This document shows, piece after piece, positions 27,007 through 35,528 of a DNA stretch of 35,528 nt. The position numbers were made by a program, and so were the translations under genes. Numbering within the stretch: position 1 is the first letter of the stretch; each line of letters begins with the position of its first letter. The notes beneath the pieces were generated by a model. The model did no database searches, had not been told where the DNA came from, and worked only from the letters and a program-made list of their open reading frames with translations. Source of the stretch: a virus (taxonomy: Duplodnaviria > Caudoviricetes); IMG/VR virus record IMGVR_UViG_3300025389_000055, positions 1 through 35,528 of that record; one strand, 5' to 3'.

Positions 27007-27379
27007 AGCTGAATTGCATCAATTGCTCAAGCGTTTCTTTGATGACCAAGATCGCGGTATTAGTATTTCTTTGTTTGCTGAACTAGCCGGGTTGACTAAG
27101 AAAACCTTGATTGACATTTTCTATCGTGGCCACACCATGACTGAGCGCAGCCAGATACGGCTGTCAAAGGCCTACCATGCTTGGAAAAATGGTGAGATTA
27201 GGGTAATGCAGAACCGTGATCGCACGCGGTTTGTGGAATATCGAGAGCAGCCTAAGCCTGTTTTAGTAAGAAGCAACAAGATTGTTGTAGAGAATGGAAA
27301 GATACGTTTGGAGATCAGCCCAAAAAACCCAAGAGATTATTCTGGTAAGACTTTGGATGAACAACTAAGGGGAAGATGA
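26987..27379 (+). CDS. Hypothetical protein with possible HTH, 130 aa
   Basis: ISISLFAELAGLTKKTL resembles an HTH; overlaps neighbours. Confidence 0.65.
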   Translation: MNPVIPKAELHQLLKRFFDDQDRGISISLFAELAGLTKKTLIDIFYRGHTMTERSQIRLSKAYHAWKNGEIRVMQNRDRTRFVEYREQPKPVLVRSNKIVVENGKIRLEISPKNPRDYSGKTLDEQLRGR

Positions 27380-27840
27380 TGATGTTAAAGGATTATAAGT
27401 GTCCGACACATGGCTACTTTGAAAGCGATATTGCGGCTTGTTTTGTTGATAATTGTGAGGCAAATGTTATGCGCGTGCATTTACGTGCGCCTGGTGTCAA
27501 GTCAGAACGTACCAAGGGCATTGATACGAAAGCGAAGCAGCTTGCGATGGATTACAAAATGACTAACATTAAGACGGCTAAAGAAGGCGAGAACCAAGCC
27601 GGCTATTACACCAGAAACAACGAGAAGCCTGTTGAGCAGCCAAGAGAGCAGCGTCCGGGTGATGCGGTGATTTGGGGTGGGGCAGGGGGCATGAATATGT
27701 CATCCATTACCAAAGGTGGTATGTTTAGGTCTGTAGCCGGTGAGCCGGTTGGCATCAACCCTAAAGAAGCCGGCAATTTGACGGGGCCTAAAGCGGCAAG
27801 TTATATTGCTGACCATGAAAACCTAGCGATCAATAAATAA
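27376..27840 (+). CDS. Zinc-ribbon protein, 154 aa
   Basis: N-terminal DYKCPTHGYFE...C....C. Confidence 0.7.
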   Translation: MMMLKDYKCPTHGYFESDIAACFVDNCEANVMRVHLRAPGVKSERTKGIDTKAKQLAMDYKMTNIKTAKEGENQAGYYTRNNEKPVEQPREQRPGDAVIWGGAGGMNMSSITKGGMFRSVAGEPVGINPKEAGNLTGPKAASYIADHENLAINK

Positions 27841-29480
27841 TGCGTATTCCATCAGGGCTTTCCGAACGCGAACAATTCTTCAGAGATTTGATTCAAAAAT
27901 GTATGGTGAGCCTTGAAGAGCGCAAGGGTGACTATTCTAGTCTGCGTTCGTTTTATTTGTTTGGTTCTGGCCCCGAAGATCAACCCGCGATCTTCAACAA
28001 GATTTATCCACACATTGATACGCTGTGTAGCTTTCTCTACTCAGCCGAGACAACTCGCTTTTCCATCAACATCGGTGCGTCTGTCAGCCCGTTAGAGGAG
28101 CGTAAGGTTCCGCGTTTGACGGCTGCATTGAATGACGAATGGCTGAACAGCAATGCTGATCAAGTGTTTAGCGAGGCTTTGACTTGGGCGTTATGTTTTA
28201 ACACTACCTTTGTCAAACTGGTTTACCAGAACGGTATTCAGCCTTACATGATTGAGCCAGGTACGATGGGAGTATTGCGTGAAGATACGCCCTACACTGA
28301 CCGGCAACAGGCTATTGTCCAGACGTATTACATCACCAAGACCGAGTTGTACAACCGTTTGTATAGCCATCCAAGACGCGATGAGATTGTTAAACGTGTG
28401 ACTACAGCTTACAACACCCGTACAGAGGATATACCAGAGGGTATTGACCGCATTATCATGAGTCAAACCAATCCTACGCTGTATGGTACGGTTAATTTAG
28501 ATTTGTATGGCCAGAACCGTTACAAAGCACGGGTAGCGGAAGATACGGTCAAGATGTATGAGTTGTGGGCATGGAATGATGAGATCAAAGATTACCAATG
28601 CGTCACCATTGCTGACCCTGACATTATTATTTATGACCGGCCTGGTGAGAGTTTATTCCTCAAAGGTGAGTTGCCGTTCATCCAAATATGCCCTAATCCG
28701 CAGTATGACTATTACTGGGGGCAGTCTGAAGTACAGAAATTGGTCTTTTTGCAGCAGCTACGCAATGGCCGCATGACGGAAATACTGGATTTACTGAGCA
28801 AACAGGTCAATCCACCCACTTTCTTGACCGGTTTTACGGGCATTTTAGACGAGAAAAACTTTGCATTAAACCGTCCAGGTACGGTAATGAGCAGTGATAT
28901 GCCTAATGCAAAGGCTGATCGCCTTGCTCCACAGATGCCGTCTGACCTATTTGAAGTCTTGCATGAGTGTGATGCCATGTTTGCAGAGGTATCAGGCATT
29001 AGTTCTGTGCTGTCTGGACGCGGTGAACAGGGGGTTAGAAGTGCTGGACACGCCTCTCAATTGGCTAGATTGGGCAGTTCTAGGGCAAAAAAGCGTGCTT
29101 TGATTGTAGAAGACGCGCTAGAAAAGGTTGCAACACTGTATTTGAAGCTGATGCAAGCCTATGACCCCACACATTATCGTGATGAATACGATATGCCGTT
29201 TATTGCCGAGCAATTTACAAAAGACTATCACGTTAAAGTAGATGCACACAGTAACAGCCCGATATTCATGGAAGACAGTCGAACATTGGCGTTTAACCTG
29301 TTGAAAGCACAGGCAATTGACAAAGAATCATTACTTGACTTATTAGAACCACCGATGAAACAATTGCTCAAGGAAAGATTAGCCAAGAGAGAAGCTGCTC
29401 AGGCTAATCAACCGCAATCCGCTCCACAGATTAAGGAGAAGAAAGGTGGCCAAGCAAGCAAACCTAACCCCGAAGGCTGA
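27840..29480 (+). CDS. Portal protein, 546 aa
   Basis: Size, position between terL and capsid, LPFI...YWG.S and EVSGIS...G motifs. Confidence 0.85.
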   Translation: MRIPSGLSEREQFFRDLIQKCMVSLEERKGDYSSLRSFYLFGSGPEDQPAIFNKIYPHIDTLCSFLYSAETTRFSINIGASVSPLEERKVPRLTAALNDEWLNSNADQVFSEALTWALCFNTTFVKLVYQNGIQPYMIEPGTMGVLREDTPYTDRQQAIVQTYYITKTELYNRLYSHPRRDEIVKRVTTAYNTRTEDIPEGIDRIIMSQTNPTLYGTVNLDLYGQNRYKARVAEDTVKMYELWAWNDEIKDYQCVTIADPDIIIYDRPGESLFLKGELPFIQICPNPQYDYYWGQSEVQKLVFLQQLRNGRMTEILDLLSKQVNPPTFLTGFTGILDEKNFALNRPGTVMSSDMPNAKADRLAPQMPSDLFEVLHECDAMFAEVSGISSVLSGRGEQGVRSAGHASQLARLGSSRAKKRALIVEDALEKVATLYLKLMQAYDPTHYRDEYDMPFIAEQFTKDYHVKVDAHSNSPIFMEDSRTLAFNLLKAQAIDKESLLDLLEPPMKQLLKERLAKREAAQANQPQSAPQIKEKKGGQASKPNPEG

Positions 29481-29613
29481 TCAGCCCAAGGTGTCTACGG
29501 AAAGTTTAGCGCGTGGCAATGCACCGGCCGGATTGCAGTACAAGGTTACAGGTATTCGCAGTCCAGCGCGTAGTGCCACAACACGTAGCACCAGAGATTA
29601 TAGTAGGGGATAA
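29446..29613 (+). CDS. Small basic protein, 55 aa (not in ORF track)
   Basis: AAGGAG RBS, GTG start; Arg/Ser/Thr-rich C-terminus. Confidence 0.65.
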   Translation: MAKQANLTPKADQPKVSTESLARGNAPAGLQYKVTGIRSPARSATTRSTRDYSRG

Positions 29614-29637
29614 CCGTCAATCTAGGAGGTGATTCAG

Positions 29638-29679
29638 ATGTACAAGACTCACAAGCGCGGTCGTAAGACTAAACGGTAA
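29638..29679 (+). CDS. 13-aa basic micropeptide MYKTHKRGRKTKR
   Basis: Very strong AGGAGGTG RBS at canonical spacing. Confidence 0.65.
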   Translation: MYKTHKRGRKTKR

Positions 29680-29750
29680 TTCCCGTAAGGGATGCGGGGT
29701 ATGGCTGACTTCCCCTTATAAGTTGGCCGCTGCTAATTGGAGACTCCATC

Positions 29751-29792
29751 ATGGCACGCATGAAACGTAAAGGCCGCAAGGCACGCAAGTAA
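29751..29792 (+). CDS. 13-aa basic micropeptide MARMKRKGRKARK
   Basis: GGAG RBS; same length and GRK register as the upstream peptide. Confidence 0.6.
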   Translation: MARMKRKGRKARK

Positions 29793-29848
29793 TTCCATCG
29801 GGGGGCAGGAATTAAAAATTGCCTCCCACCTAATTCAATGAGGTTGAC

Positions 29849-30316
29849 ATGAGTGTTCCACCAGATCAGTTAATGAGTTTGATGGGTAAAGGCAAAGGTA
29901 CTGATGCACCTGTACCCATGCCGTCAGTTGGCAGTGCGCCTCAGATGAGCGATGCTTCAACCGCTCCGATGGCCGCACCCATGTCTACACCCGAACCCAA
30001 ACTTGGTAATCGTGAAGGTGCGTTAGTCAACCTTGGTATGGCACTTGATCTGATTGAGCAATCGCTCCCAGCTTTAGGTAGCGAATCAGAGGAAGGGCAG
30101 AAAGCATTACAAGCTATGAAGGTTTTGTCTGCGGTATTAGGCGCACGTAAGGGCAAAACAAACGAGTTGCAGCAATCTGAGATTCTTCAGATGCTTCAAT
30201 CCCTACCGCAAGCGGGTGGCGGTACGCCAGAAAGTCGTTCAATTGCATCCGCTCCACCCGTAGCAAATATGCCCCCCATACCTGGTGGTGGCGCACCACA
30301 ACCCAGCCCAATTTAA
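29849..30316 (+). CDS. Pro/Met-rich head-region protein, 155 aa
   Basis: GAGGT RBS; helical core with low-complexity ends. Confidence 0.75.
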   Translation: MSVPPDQLMSLMGKGKGTDAPVPMPSVGSAPQMSDASTAPMAAPMSTPEPKLGNREGALVNLGMALDLIEQSLPALGSESEEGQKALQAMKVLSAVLGARKGKTNELQQSEILQMLQSLPQAGGGTPESRSIASAPPVANMPPIPGGGAPQPSPI

Positions 30317-30325
30317 GGAGTGATC

Positions 30326-30511
30326 ATGGATTTATTTAAGCCTCGCGGCGCAAGCCAAACTCGTAACCCAGTCACCGATCAACAGCAAAATGGTGTTGTA
30401 ACTAACACCCCTCGTTTTGCTCACCTCGGCGGTATGGATTCACCCACCAAAATCGGTACTAAGAACAAGATGATGGTTCAAAAGCCCGGTGACGGTAAGA
30501 AAGTTATCTAA
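30326..30511 (+). CDS. Small head-region protein, 61 aa
   Basis: AAGGAG RBS before ATG 30326. Confidence 0.75.
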   Translation: MDLFKPRGASQTRNPVTDQQQNGVVTNTPRFAHLGGMDSPTKIGTKNKMMVQKPGDGKKVI

Positions 30512-30529
30512 GTAGGAAGGGGATAGATT

Positions 30530-31063
30530 ATGGCTACATTAGAAGATTTAAGTTACGAAGCTAGGGACGAACTAGCATTATTGATGCGTGAAATGTCGGA
30601 AAATCCGGCTACGCGTGCCTCTGTATTGCGTTTGACCAAGCAGTTACGCCCCAATATGCCGATTCCTGAGTTAGAAATCCAGGATCAAACCTCCGCTATT
30701 GTTCAACAGTCCAACCAAAAGGTTGAAGCACTGGAAGCAAAACTGCGTGAAAAAGAAGTCATGGCAGAGTTGGAGCAACGCCGTCATAACCTGATCAAGA
30801 AAGGTTTGGTGCAAGACGAGACAGATATTCCGAAAGTGGAAGCGTTGATGCTTGAGAAAGGCATGACCAACCACGAAACGGCAGCAGAATACTTTAATTG
30901 GATGCAACAAGCAGCGACACCAACACCCTCTGGATACAATCCCAGTGCGTTGTCTAAGTTTGACTTGAGTGCGTTCTACAAGAATCCGCAGCAAGCAGCA
31001 CGGAACGAGGCAGCAAAAGCCCTTGGAGAATTACGCGGCCCACGCCGTCCAATAGGGTTGTAG
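30530..31063 (+). CDS. Putative capsid scaffolding protein, 177 aa
   Basis: Coiled coil; immediately upstream of the major capsid gene. Confidence 0.65.
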   Translation: MATLEDLSYEARDELALLMREMSENPATRASVLRLTKQLRPNMPIPELEIQDQTSAIVQQSNQKVEALEAKLREKEVMAELEQRRHNLIKKGLVQDETDIPKVEALMLEKGMTNHETAAEYFNWMQQAATPTPSGYNPSALSKFDLSAFYKNPQQAARNEAAKALGELRGPRRPIGL

Positions 31064-31101
31064 TTGTTAGTAGGGGATAAAATTTTTATGGGAGATAAGC
31101 C

Positions 31102-32103
31102 ATGCCTATAGGCGGCGGTATTATTCCAGCAACGGGATCGAACCAATACACGGAGCTGACGTACGTAACGCGCCGGGCATTTATCCCCAAGCTGGTTGTT
31201 CAGCTATACAACAGCACACCCTTGTTAGCAGCATTGATTTCAAACAGTCAGTCTGCATCTGGTGGTGTATCCTCCGTAACCGTACCTGTACAGGGTGCTC
31301 AGTTTGTCAACGCTCAGTGGTCTGATTATTCTGGTTCTTTCAACCAGCCTTCAGTCCAACAGGGTGCTTACAACGCTGAATATGATCTGAAGTTAATGAT
31401 CGCTCCTGTTCCTTTCCTCGGAATGGAAGGTGCAGTTCAGCAAGACGCAGCCATTATTCCTCTGATCGAAGCGCGTATGAATGACGCGACTAACGTGATG
31501 ATGGATGCAATGTCTACCGCCTTGTACAACAACACAACCAATACACAACAGTTTATTGGTCTGCCCGCAGCAGTCTCCAACTCAGGTACATACGGCAACA
31601 TCAGCCGTTCACAGTACACTTGGTGGCAGTCAGGTTCTTATGCCGCAGGTAACGTCAACCCCACCCGTCAGAACGTACTTCAGTACATCTCTGGCACGGT
31701 GAAGAAAGGTGCTGAAGTACCCACATTTGGTGTGTGCGGCTTTGGTACTTGGACGTTGTTGGCACAAGACTTTGTAGGCCAAGAACAGTATGTGATTACT
31801 CCTGGTAGCGGTTTTGATGGCGATGCAAATGGCCCCCAAGCAGCGTTCCGTGCGCTGATGGTTGCTGGTGTACCCATCTATGCTGACCCCTACTGCCCCG
31901 AAGGTACTCTGTATCTGTTGAACACCAATTACTTGTCTCTGTACATCCATGAGCAAGGTTCGTTTGTGTTTACTGGATTTGAGTCCACTCTACCTAACTG
32001 GCAGATTGGTTATGTAGGTGCTGTGATCATGATTGCGGAATTGGTTTCTACCAAGCCCAAGAGCATGACGGCAGTGACCGGCTATAACTACCTGTCGCTA
32101 TAA
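31102..32103 (+). CDS. Major capsid protein, 333 aa
   Basis: Size and position; STPLLA, FIGL, YGNISRS, GVPIYADPYCP, LYLLNTNY motifs of HK97-fold capsids. Confidence 0.88.
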   Translation: MPIGGGIIPATGSNQYTELTYVTRRAFIPKLVVQLYNSTPLLAALISNSQSASGGVSSVTVPVQGAQFVNAQWSDYSGSFNQPSVQQGAYNAEYDLKLMIAPVPFLGMEGAVQQDAAIIPLIEARMNDATNVMMDAMSTALYNNTTNTQQFIGLPAAVSNSGTYGNISRSQYTWWQSGSYAAGNVNPTRQNVLQYISGTVKKGAEVPTFGVCGFGTWTLLAQDFVGQEQYVITPGSGFDGDANGPQAAFRALMVAGVPIYADPYCPEGTLYLLNTNYLSLYIHEQGSFVFTGFESTLPNWQIGYVGAVIMIAELVSTKPKSMTAVTGYNYLSL

Positions 32104-32114
32104 GGAGATAAGTC

Positions 32115-32465
32115 ATGTCATTAAGCACAAACAAAATCCTTTTAGCTAATGCGTCTACGAACACCGCAGGTGCATACTTCCAGGTTACATCGTTCAACGT
32201 CACTGCTAACACCACTCAAGCTAACACGGTAATTCCTGCTGGCTTGTGGTTTGTGACCAACACTGCAAACGTAACCATTTACTTTAACACCTCTAACAAC
32301 GTGGCTTCCCCCACGTTTACTACCGCACTGGCAAACAATACTGCCGGTTTGGTGTTCTCAGACGGTGTGAACGTATTGGCTAACTCTGCACTGGGTAACG
32401 TGACAATTAACTTGTATGGTTCTAACGGTGGCCAGAACGTAAGCGGCACTTATAACGCCTCTTAA
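32115..32465 (+). CDS. Putative capsid decoration protein, Asn/Thr-rich, 116 aa
   Basis: AAGGAG RBS, directly after the capsid gene, beta-rich. Confidence 0.65.
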   Translation: MSLSTNKILLANASTNTAGAYFQVTSFNVTANTTQANTVIPAGLWFVTNTANVTIYFNTSNNVASPTFTTALANNTAGLVFSDGVNVLANSALGNVTINLYGSNGGQNVSGTYNAS

Positions 32466-32474
32466 GGAGAAATC

Positions 32475-32945
32475 ATGGCTAATCCAGATTCAGTCGGTCA
32501 GTTTAACCTTGACTCGTTCAGTGATGGCCGGGTTGCACTTGTTACTGCTACTACACTTAATGCAACATCAAACTCAGGTGTAGCGGCTGTCACTCTGCCT
32601 CTTTTAGTTGGTGGTATGACAAAAGGCGCAAGCGTAGCATCATCTGGTAGCTTGATTGTTCGCCGTGTCACCATTCAGAATCCGTCTGGAAGCATGGCAA
32701 ATGCCAACATTTCGATTACTACAAGCAATGATGGAAACATCTCTAATGCTGTAGTAGCAAACGTAGTGTTGGCTAACGTCACGGCAACAGGTACTTATCA
32801 AGACTTAACCATTGCTCCTGCCTTCTTGTCAGGAAATGTGGTGTCTGGATATAACACCCAAGCCTTGTACGTGAACATCAACGCACCTCAAGGTGGTACA
32901 AACACTTGTACCATTGTTGTTTACGGTCAAGTAGTCAGTTTCTAA
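32475..32945 (+). CDS. Putative virion structural protein, 156 aa
   Basis: AAGGAG RBS; beta-sandwich-like composition. Confidence 0.65.
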   Translation: MANPDSVGQFNLDSFSDGRVALVTATTLNATSNSGVAAVTLPLLVGGMTKGASVASSGSLIVRRVTIQNPSGSMANANISITTSNDGNISNAVVANVVLANVTATGTYQDLTIAPAFLSGNVVSGYNTQALYVNINAPQGGTNTCTIVVYGQVVSF

Positions 32946-33280
32946 TGTCAAACATTTATGTGACAAACCGTTGGAACAAGCCAGTAGTCATGTCTTACTG
33001 TTTTGTTCCCTACGAGTTTCCTGTAGGTCAAACGGTAGAAGTACCGTTAGATGCGGCGCGTCACATATTTGGTTTTGACGAAGATGATAAAGAGCCTTAT
33101 ATGGTTAGGCTTGGATGGATTAGAACAAAGAACGATTACGATGAATCTGTGAAGATTTATGATCGTTTTGAGTTTTCATCTGAGCCACCAAAAAAGAACC
33201 ACTCTCTATCCCCGGTGGTGGAAAAAGTACCCTTGCCCAACGCAAGAAGGGCAGGGGGAACCGTCCAAGCTAATGCGTAA
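32945..33280 (+). CDS. Hypothetical protein, 111 aa
   Basis: TAATG coupling at 32945; FPVGQTVEVP...A.HIFG. Confidence 0.7.
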   Translation: MSNIYVTNRWNKPVVMSYCFVPYEFPVGQTVEVPLDAARHIFGFDEDDKEPYMVRLGWIRTKNDYDESVKIYDRFEFSSEPPKKNHSLSPVVEKVPLPNARRAGGTVQANA

Positions 33281-33292
33281 CATGGGAGTTAC

Positions 33293-34159
33293 ATGGCAAC
33301 AACACTTAGCCAGTACATTACGCAAGTGCAGTATTTGCTGCATGATGCTACCGGAGTTTTTTACACTCAAACTCAATTAACCTCCTATATCAATCAAGCG
33401 CGAGAGCGCGTGGTTCGAGATACAGGTGCGTTACGCACAATTCAAACACTGACTGTTCCTGCTTCTCCTACTGCGGGTGGACAACCCCCTGTTTTGTGGA
33501 CAGCCAATACCGCAGTGACGGTAGGGCAACAGTTAGTCAGTAACATCTACATTTACATTGTCACAACGGCTGGAACTACGGGTGACACAGCACCACCATA
33601 CCCCGGTAGTAGCAATACTAATTACAGTGGCAATGTGTACCCGCCCAGCACTCCGTTTCAAGATGGAACGGCATACATACAATATGTGGGCAATGCAGAA
33701 CAAATCAACTATGTGACCTTGCCATCGGGTGTGCAAACCCTAGATGTGCTGAACATTAACTTGTACTGGGGCAATACTCGCGTACCGTTACGTTACTTGC
33801 CTTGGACGCAGTTTAATGCTGAGTTACGGTTCTGGCAAAATTATATTGGTAGACCGATCTGCTTTACCCAGTATGGGCAAGGCTCAATCATCATAGCACC
33901 TGTGCCGGATAACATTTACACGGTAGATATTGATACGGTGATATTGCCAAGCAATCTGACCAATCCATCTGACGTAGATAACATCAATGACCCGTACAAT
34001 ACTCCTGTGCCATTCTACGCAGCTTACCTTGCTAAGTATTACGAGCAGAGTTTTGGTGAGGCTGAAATTTACAAGCAAGAGTACAACAAGCACGTCCAGG
34101 CGGTGTTAGTAGCAATCAGCACTCGCAGGATGCCAACTCCATACTCGAACCCATTCTGA
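33293..34159 (+). CDS. Head-tail adaptor protein with inserted small beta domain, 288 aa
   Basis: TL..YITQV..LL.D, LTSYINQA, GRP..F, PVPD..Y, YAAYLA adaptor motifs. Confidence 0.75.
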   Translation: MATTLSQYITQVQYLLHDATGVFYTQTQLTSYINQARERVVRDTGALRTIQTLTVPASPTAGGQPPVLWTANTAVTVGQQLVSNIYIYIVTTAGTTGDTAPPYPGSSNTNYSGNVYPPSTPFQDGTAYIQYVGNAEQINYVTLPSGVQTLDVLNINLYWGNTRVPLRYLPWTQFNAELRFWQNYIGRPICFTQYGQGSIIIAPVPDNIYTVDIDTVILPSNLTNPSDVDNINDPYNTPVPFYAAYLAKYYEQSFGEAEIYKQEYNKHVQAVLVAISTRRMPTPYSNPF

Positions 34160-34160
34160 C

Positions 34161-35528
34161 ATGGCCTCCGCAGAGCAGAAAAAGTCGTATGCGGTAGTCA
34201 AACAGTTCAAAGGTATCAACACCAAGGCGAACCGTACTGCTATTCAAGAGGAAGAATTCTCTTGGTTAGAGAACGCTATGCCTGTGGGTTATGCAAACAT
34301 TAGGATTACGCCTTCGTATAGCAACATAGGTAATGTCACGTTTGCTAACGTAGTAAGTAATTACTTTTCTGTAAATGTAGGTTTAACTGACTATATTCTT
34401 GCGTTTCAGAAAGATGGTTCTTTGCAAGCGGTCAATCTGCAAACAAACTCTCTGATCAATGTAGCAACATCTGGCACGTTTTCGGGTGATGGTGCAACCA
34501 ATGTCAGCCAGTGGCAAAACACCAATACATTGATCGGTGACTCTGTAAAAGGTTTGTACAGTTGGGATGGTACAAATCTAGTCAGTATTGGTTCTGTTGG
34601 CATTATTGGCATTACTAACCCAGGTTCGGGTTATGTCACCGCACCCTCTGTCAAAATTTCTGCACCTAATCAAACAGGTGGGCAACAAGCCTACGCTACA
34701 GCATCTATTACGGCTAATGCAGTCAGTGCAATTACCTTAACCAACGCCGGTTCGGGCTATACATCAGCCCCTACGGTTACTTTGTCTGGTGGTGGTGGCA
34801 GTAATGCAACCGCAGTAGCGCAGATTATTACGTTTGCAACTGGCACGATGGCAGTATTAGTGACCAATGGCGGGTCAGGATATACCAATGCGGCCAATAC
34901 GGTAGTCACCATTACGGGTGGTGGTGGAGCCAATGCAGCCGGTACAGCAATTGTATCTGGCAACATTGTGACTCAAGTCATTATGACTAATGTAGGCGAT
35001 CATTACAGTAACGCAGCTAACCTGTCTGTGACTATTACAGGTGGGGGTGCGACAACCAACGCTACGGCAAATGGGGTGATTACCAGTAATTCAGTAGTGG
35101 GGGTGGCCACCTTCTCAGGTCGTACTTGGGTAGCACAGGGCAGAACGGTATCGTATTCGTCTGCTATTAGCTTTACTGATTTCTCTACCGTATCAGCAGG
35201 ACAGATTATTCTGACTGACTCTACTTTGCACGGCAATATTCAGCAGTTATTGTCTGCAAACAACTTCTTGTACGTGTTTGGTGACGATTCTATCAACGTA
35301 TTCTCTAACCTACAGGTACAGACTAACGGTACTACGGTATTTACCAATACTAACGTCAGTGCTTCAGTCGGTTCTAAACGGCCTTATGCCATCTTCCCGT
35401 ATTTCCGTTCAGTGCTATTTATGAACGATTACGGGGTGTATGCCTTGGTTGGATCAACTACTTCTAAGTTGTCTGACCCATTAGACGGGATTGTGCCTTA
35501 CATTGACTTTACCAAGCCGGTTACAGCA
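34161..35528 (+). CDS. N-terminal part of tail nozzle/DNA stabilisation protein (continues through the junction to 854)
   Basis: ATG 34161, no stop to window end; FKGINT...WLEN N-terminus; TNxGSGY repeats. Confidence 0.8.
   Translation, partial: MASAEQKKSYAVVKQFKGINTKANRTAIQEEEFSWLENAMPVGYANIRITPSYSNIGNVTFANVVSNYFSVNVGLTDYILAFQKDGSLQAVNLQTNSLINVATSGTFSGDGATNVSQWQNTNTLIGDSVKGLYSWDGTNLVSIGSVGIIGITNPGSGYVTAPSVKISAPNQTGGQQAYATASITANAVSAITLTNAGSGYTSAPTVTLSGGGGSNATAVAQIITFATGTMAVLVTNGGSGYTNAANTVVTITGGGGANAAGTAIVSGNIVTQVIMTNVGDHYSNAANLSVTITGGGATTNATANGVITSNSVVGVATFSGRTWVAQGRTVSYSSAISFTDFSTVSAGQIILTDSTLHGNIQQLLSANNFLYVFGDDSINVFSNLQVQTNGTTVFTNTNVSASVGSKRPYAIFPYFRSVLFMNDYGVYALVGSTTSKLSDPLDGIVPYIDFTKPVTA
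35290..35528. repeat. Terminal direct repeat, copy 2
   Basis: Matches 1-239 with two mismatches. Confidence 0.97.

Noticed and set aside
13532-31080. Recurrent GGGGATA near gene starts (13532, 13740, 29606, 30519, 31073)
   Set aside because: Most simply a G-rich Shine-Dalgarno variant; too short to call a late promoter without statistics
1-35528. tRNA genes, CRISPR arrays, introns, inteins, reverse transcriptase or DGR
   Set aside because: No supporting motif seen by eye; a covariance-model scan would be needed to exclude small RNAs fully

Overview
The window is one complete, circularly assembled dsDNA tailed-phage genome of 35,289 bp. Bases 1-239 repeat 35290-35528 with two synonymous mismatches, and the junction lies inside a tail gene. 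The layout is podovirus-like. A rightward late arm (24068 through the junction to 16108) encodes terminase, a DUF5672-like glycosyltransferase, portal, scaffold, major capsid, adaptor/nozzle, two fibres, four ejection-type proteins and lysis genes. A leftward arm (23654 to 16171) encodes small early proteins, a Gp88-like protein, a C5 DNA methyltransferase, YqaJ exonuclease, RecT-like annealase, SSB-like protein, Holliday junction resolvase, a GT-A glycosyltransferase and a SAM methyltransferase. I recognise no DNA polymerase, primase, helicase, initiator, integrase or repressor. Strongest leads: (1) a candidate -1 frameshift fusing RecT to a start-less winged-HTH domain; (2) a C4-like antisense RNA followed by a structured non-coding transcript ending in G6TAG7, possibly an RNA-primed origin; (3) a split C5-MTase whose two subunits overlap almost entirely in two frames; (4) two 13-aa basic micropeptides with RNA structures after the portal; (5) glycosyltransferases alongside N-x-S/T-rich virion proteins; (6) a CCWGG cluster and a repeated leader motif in the early region. 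All family assignments come from motif recognition by eye; no searches were run.
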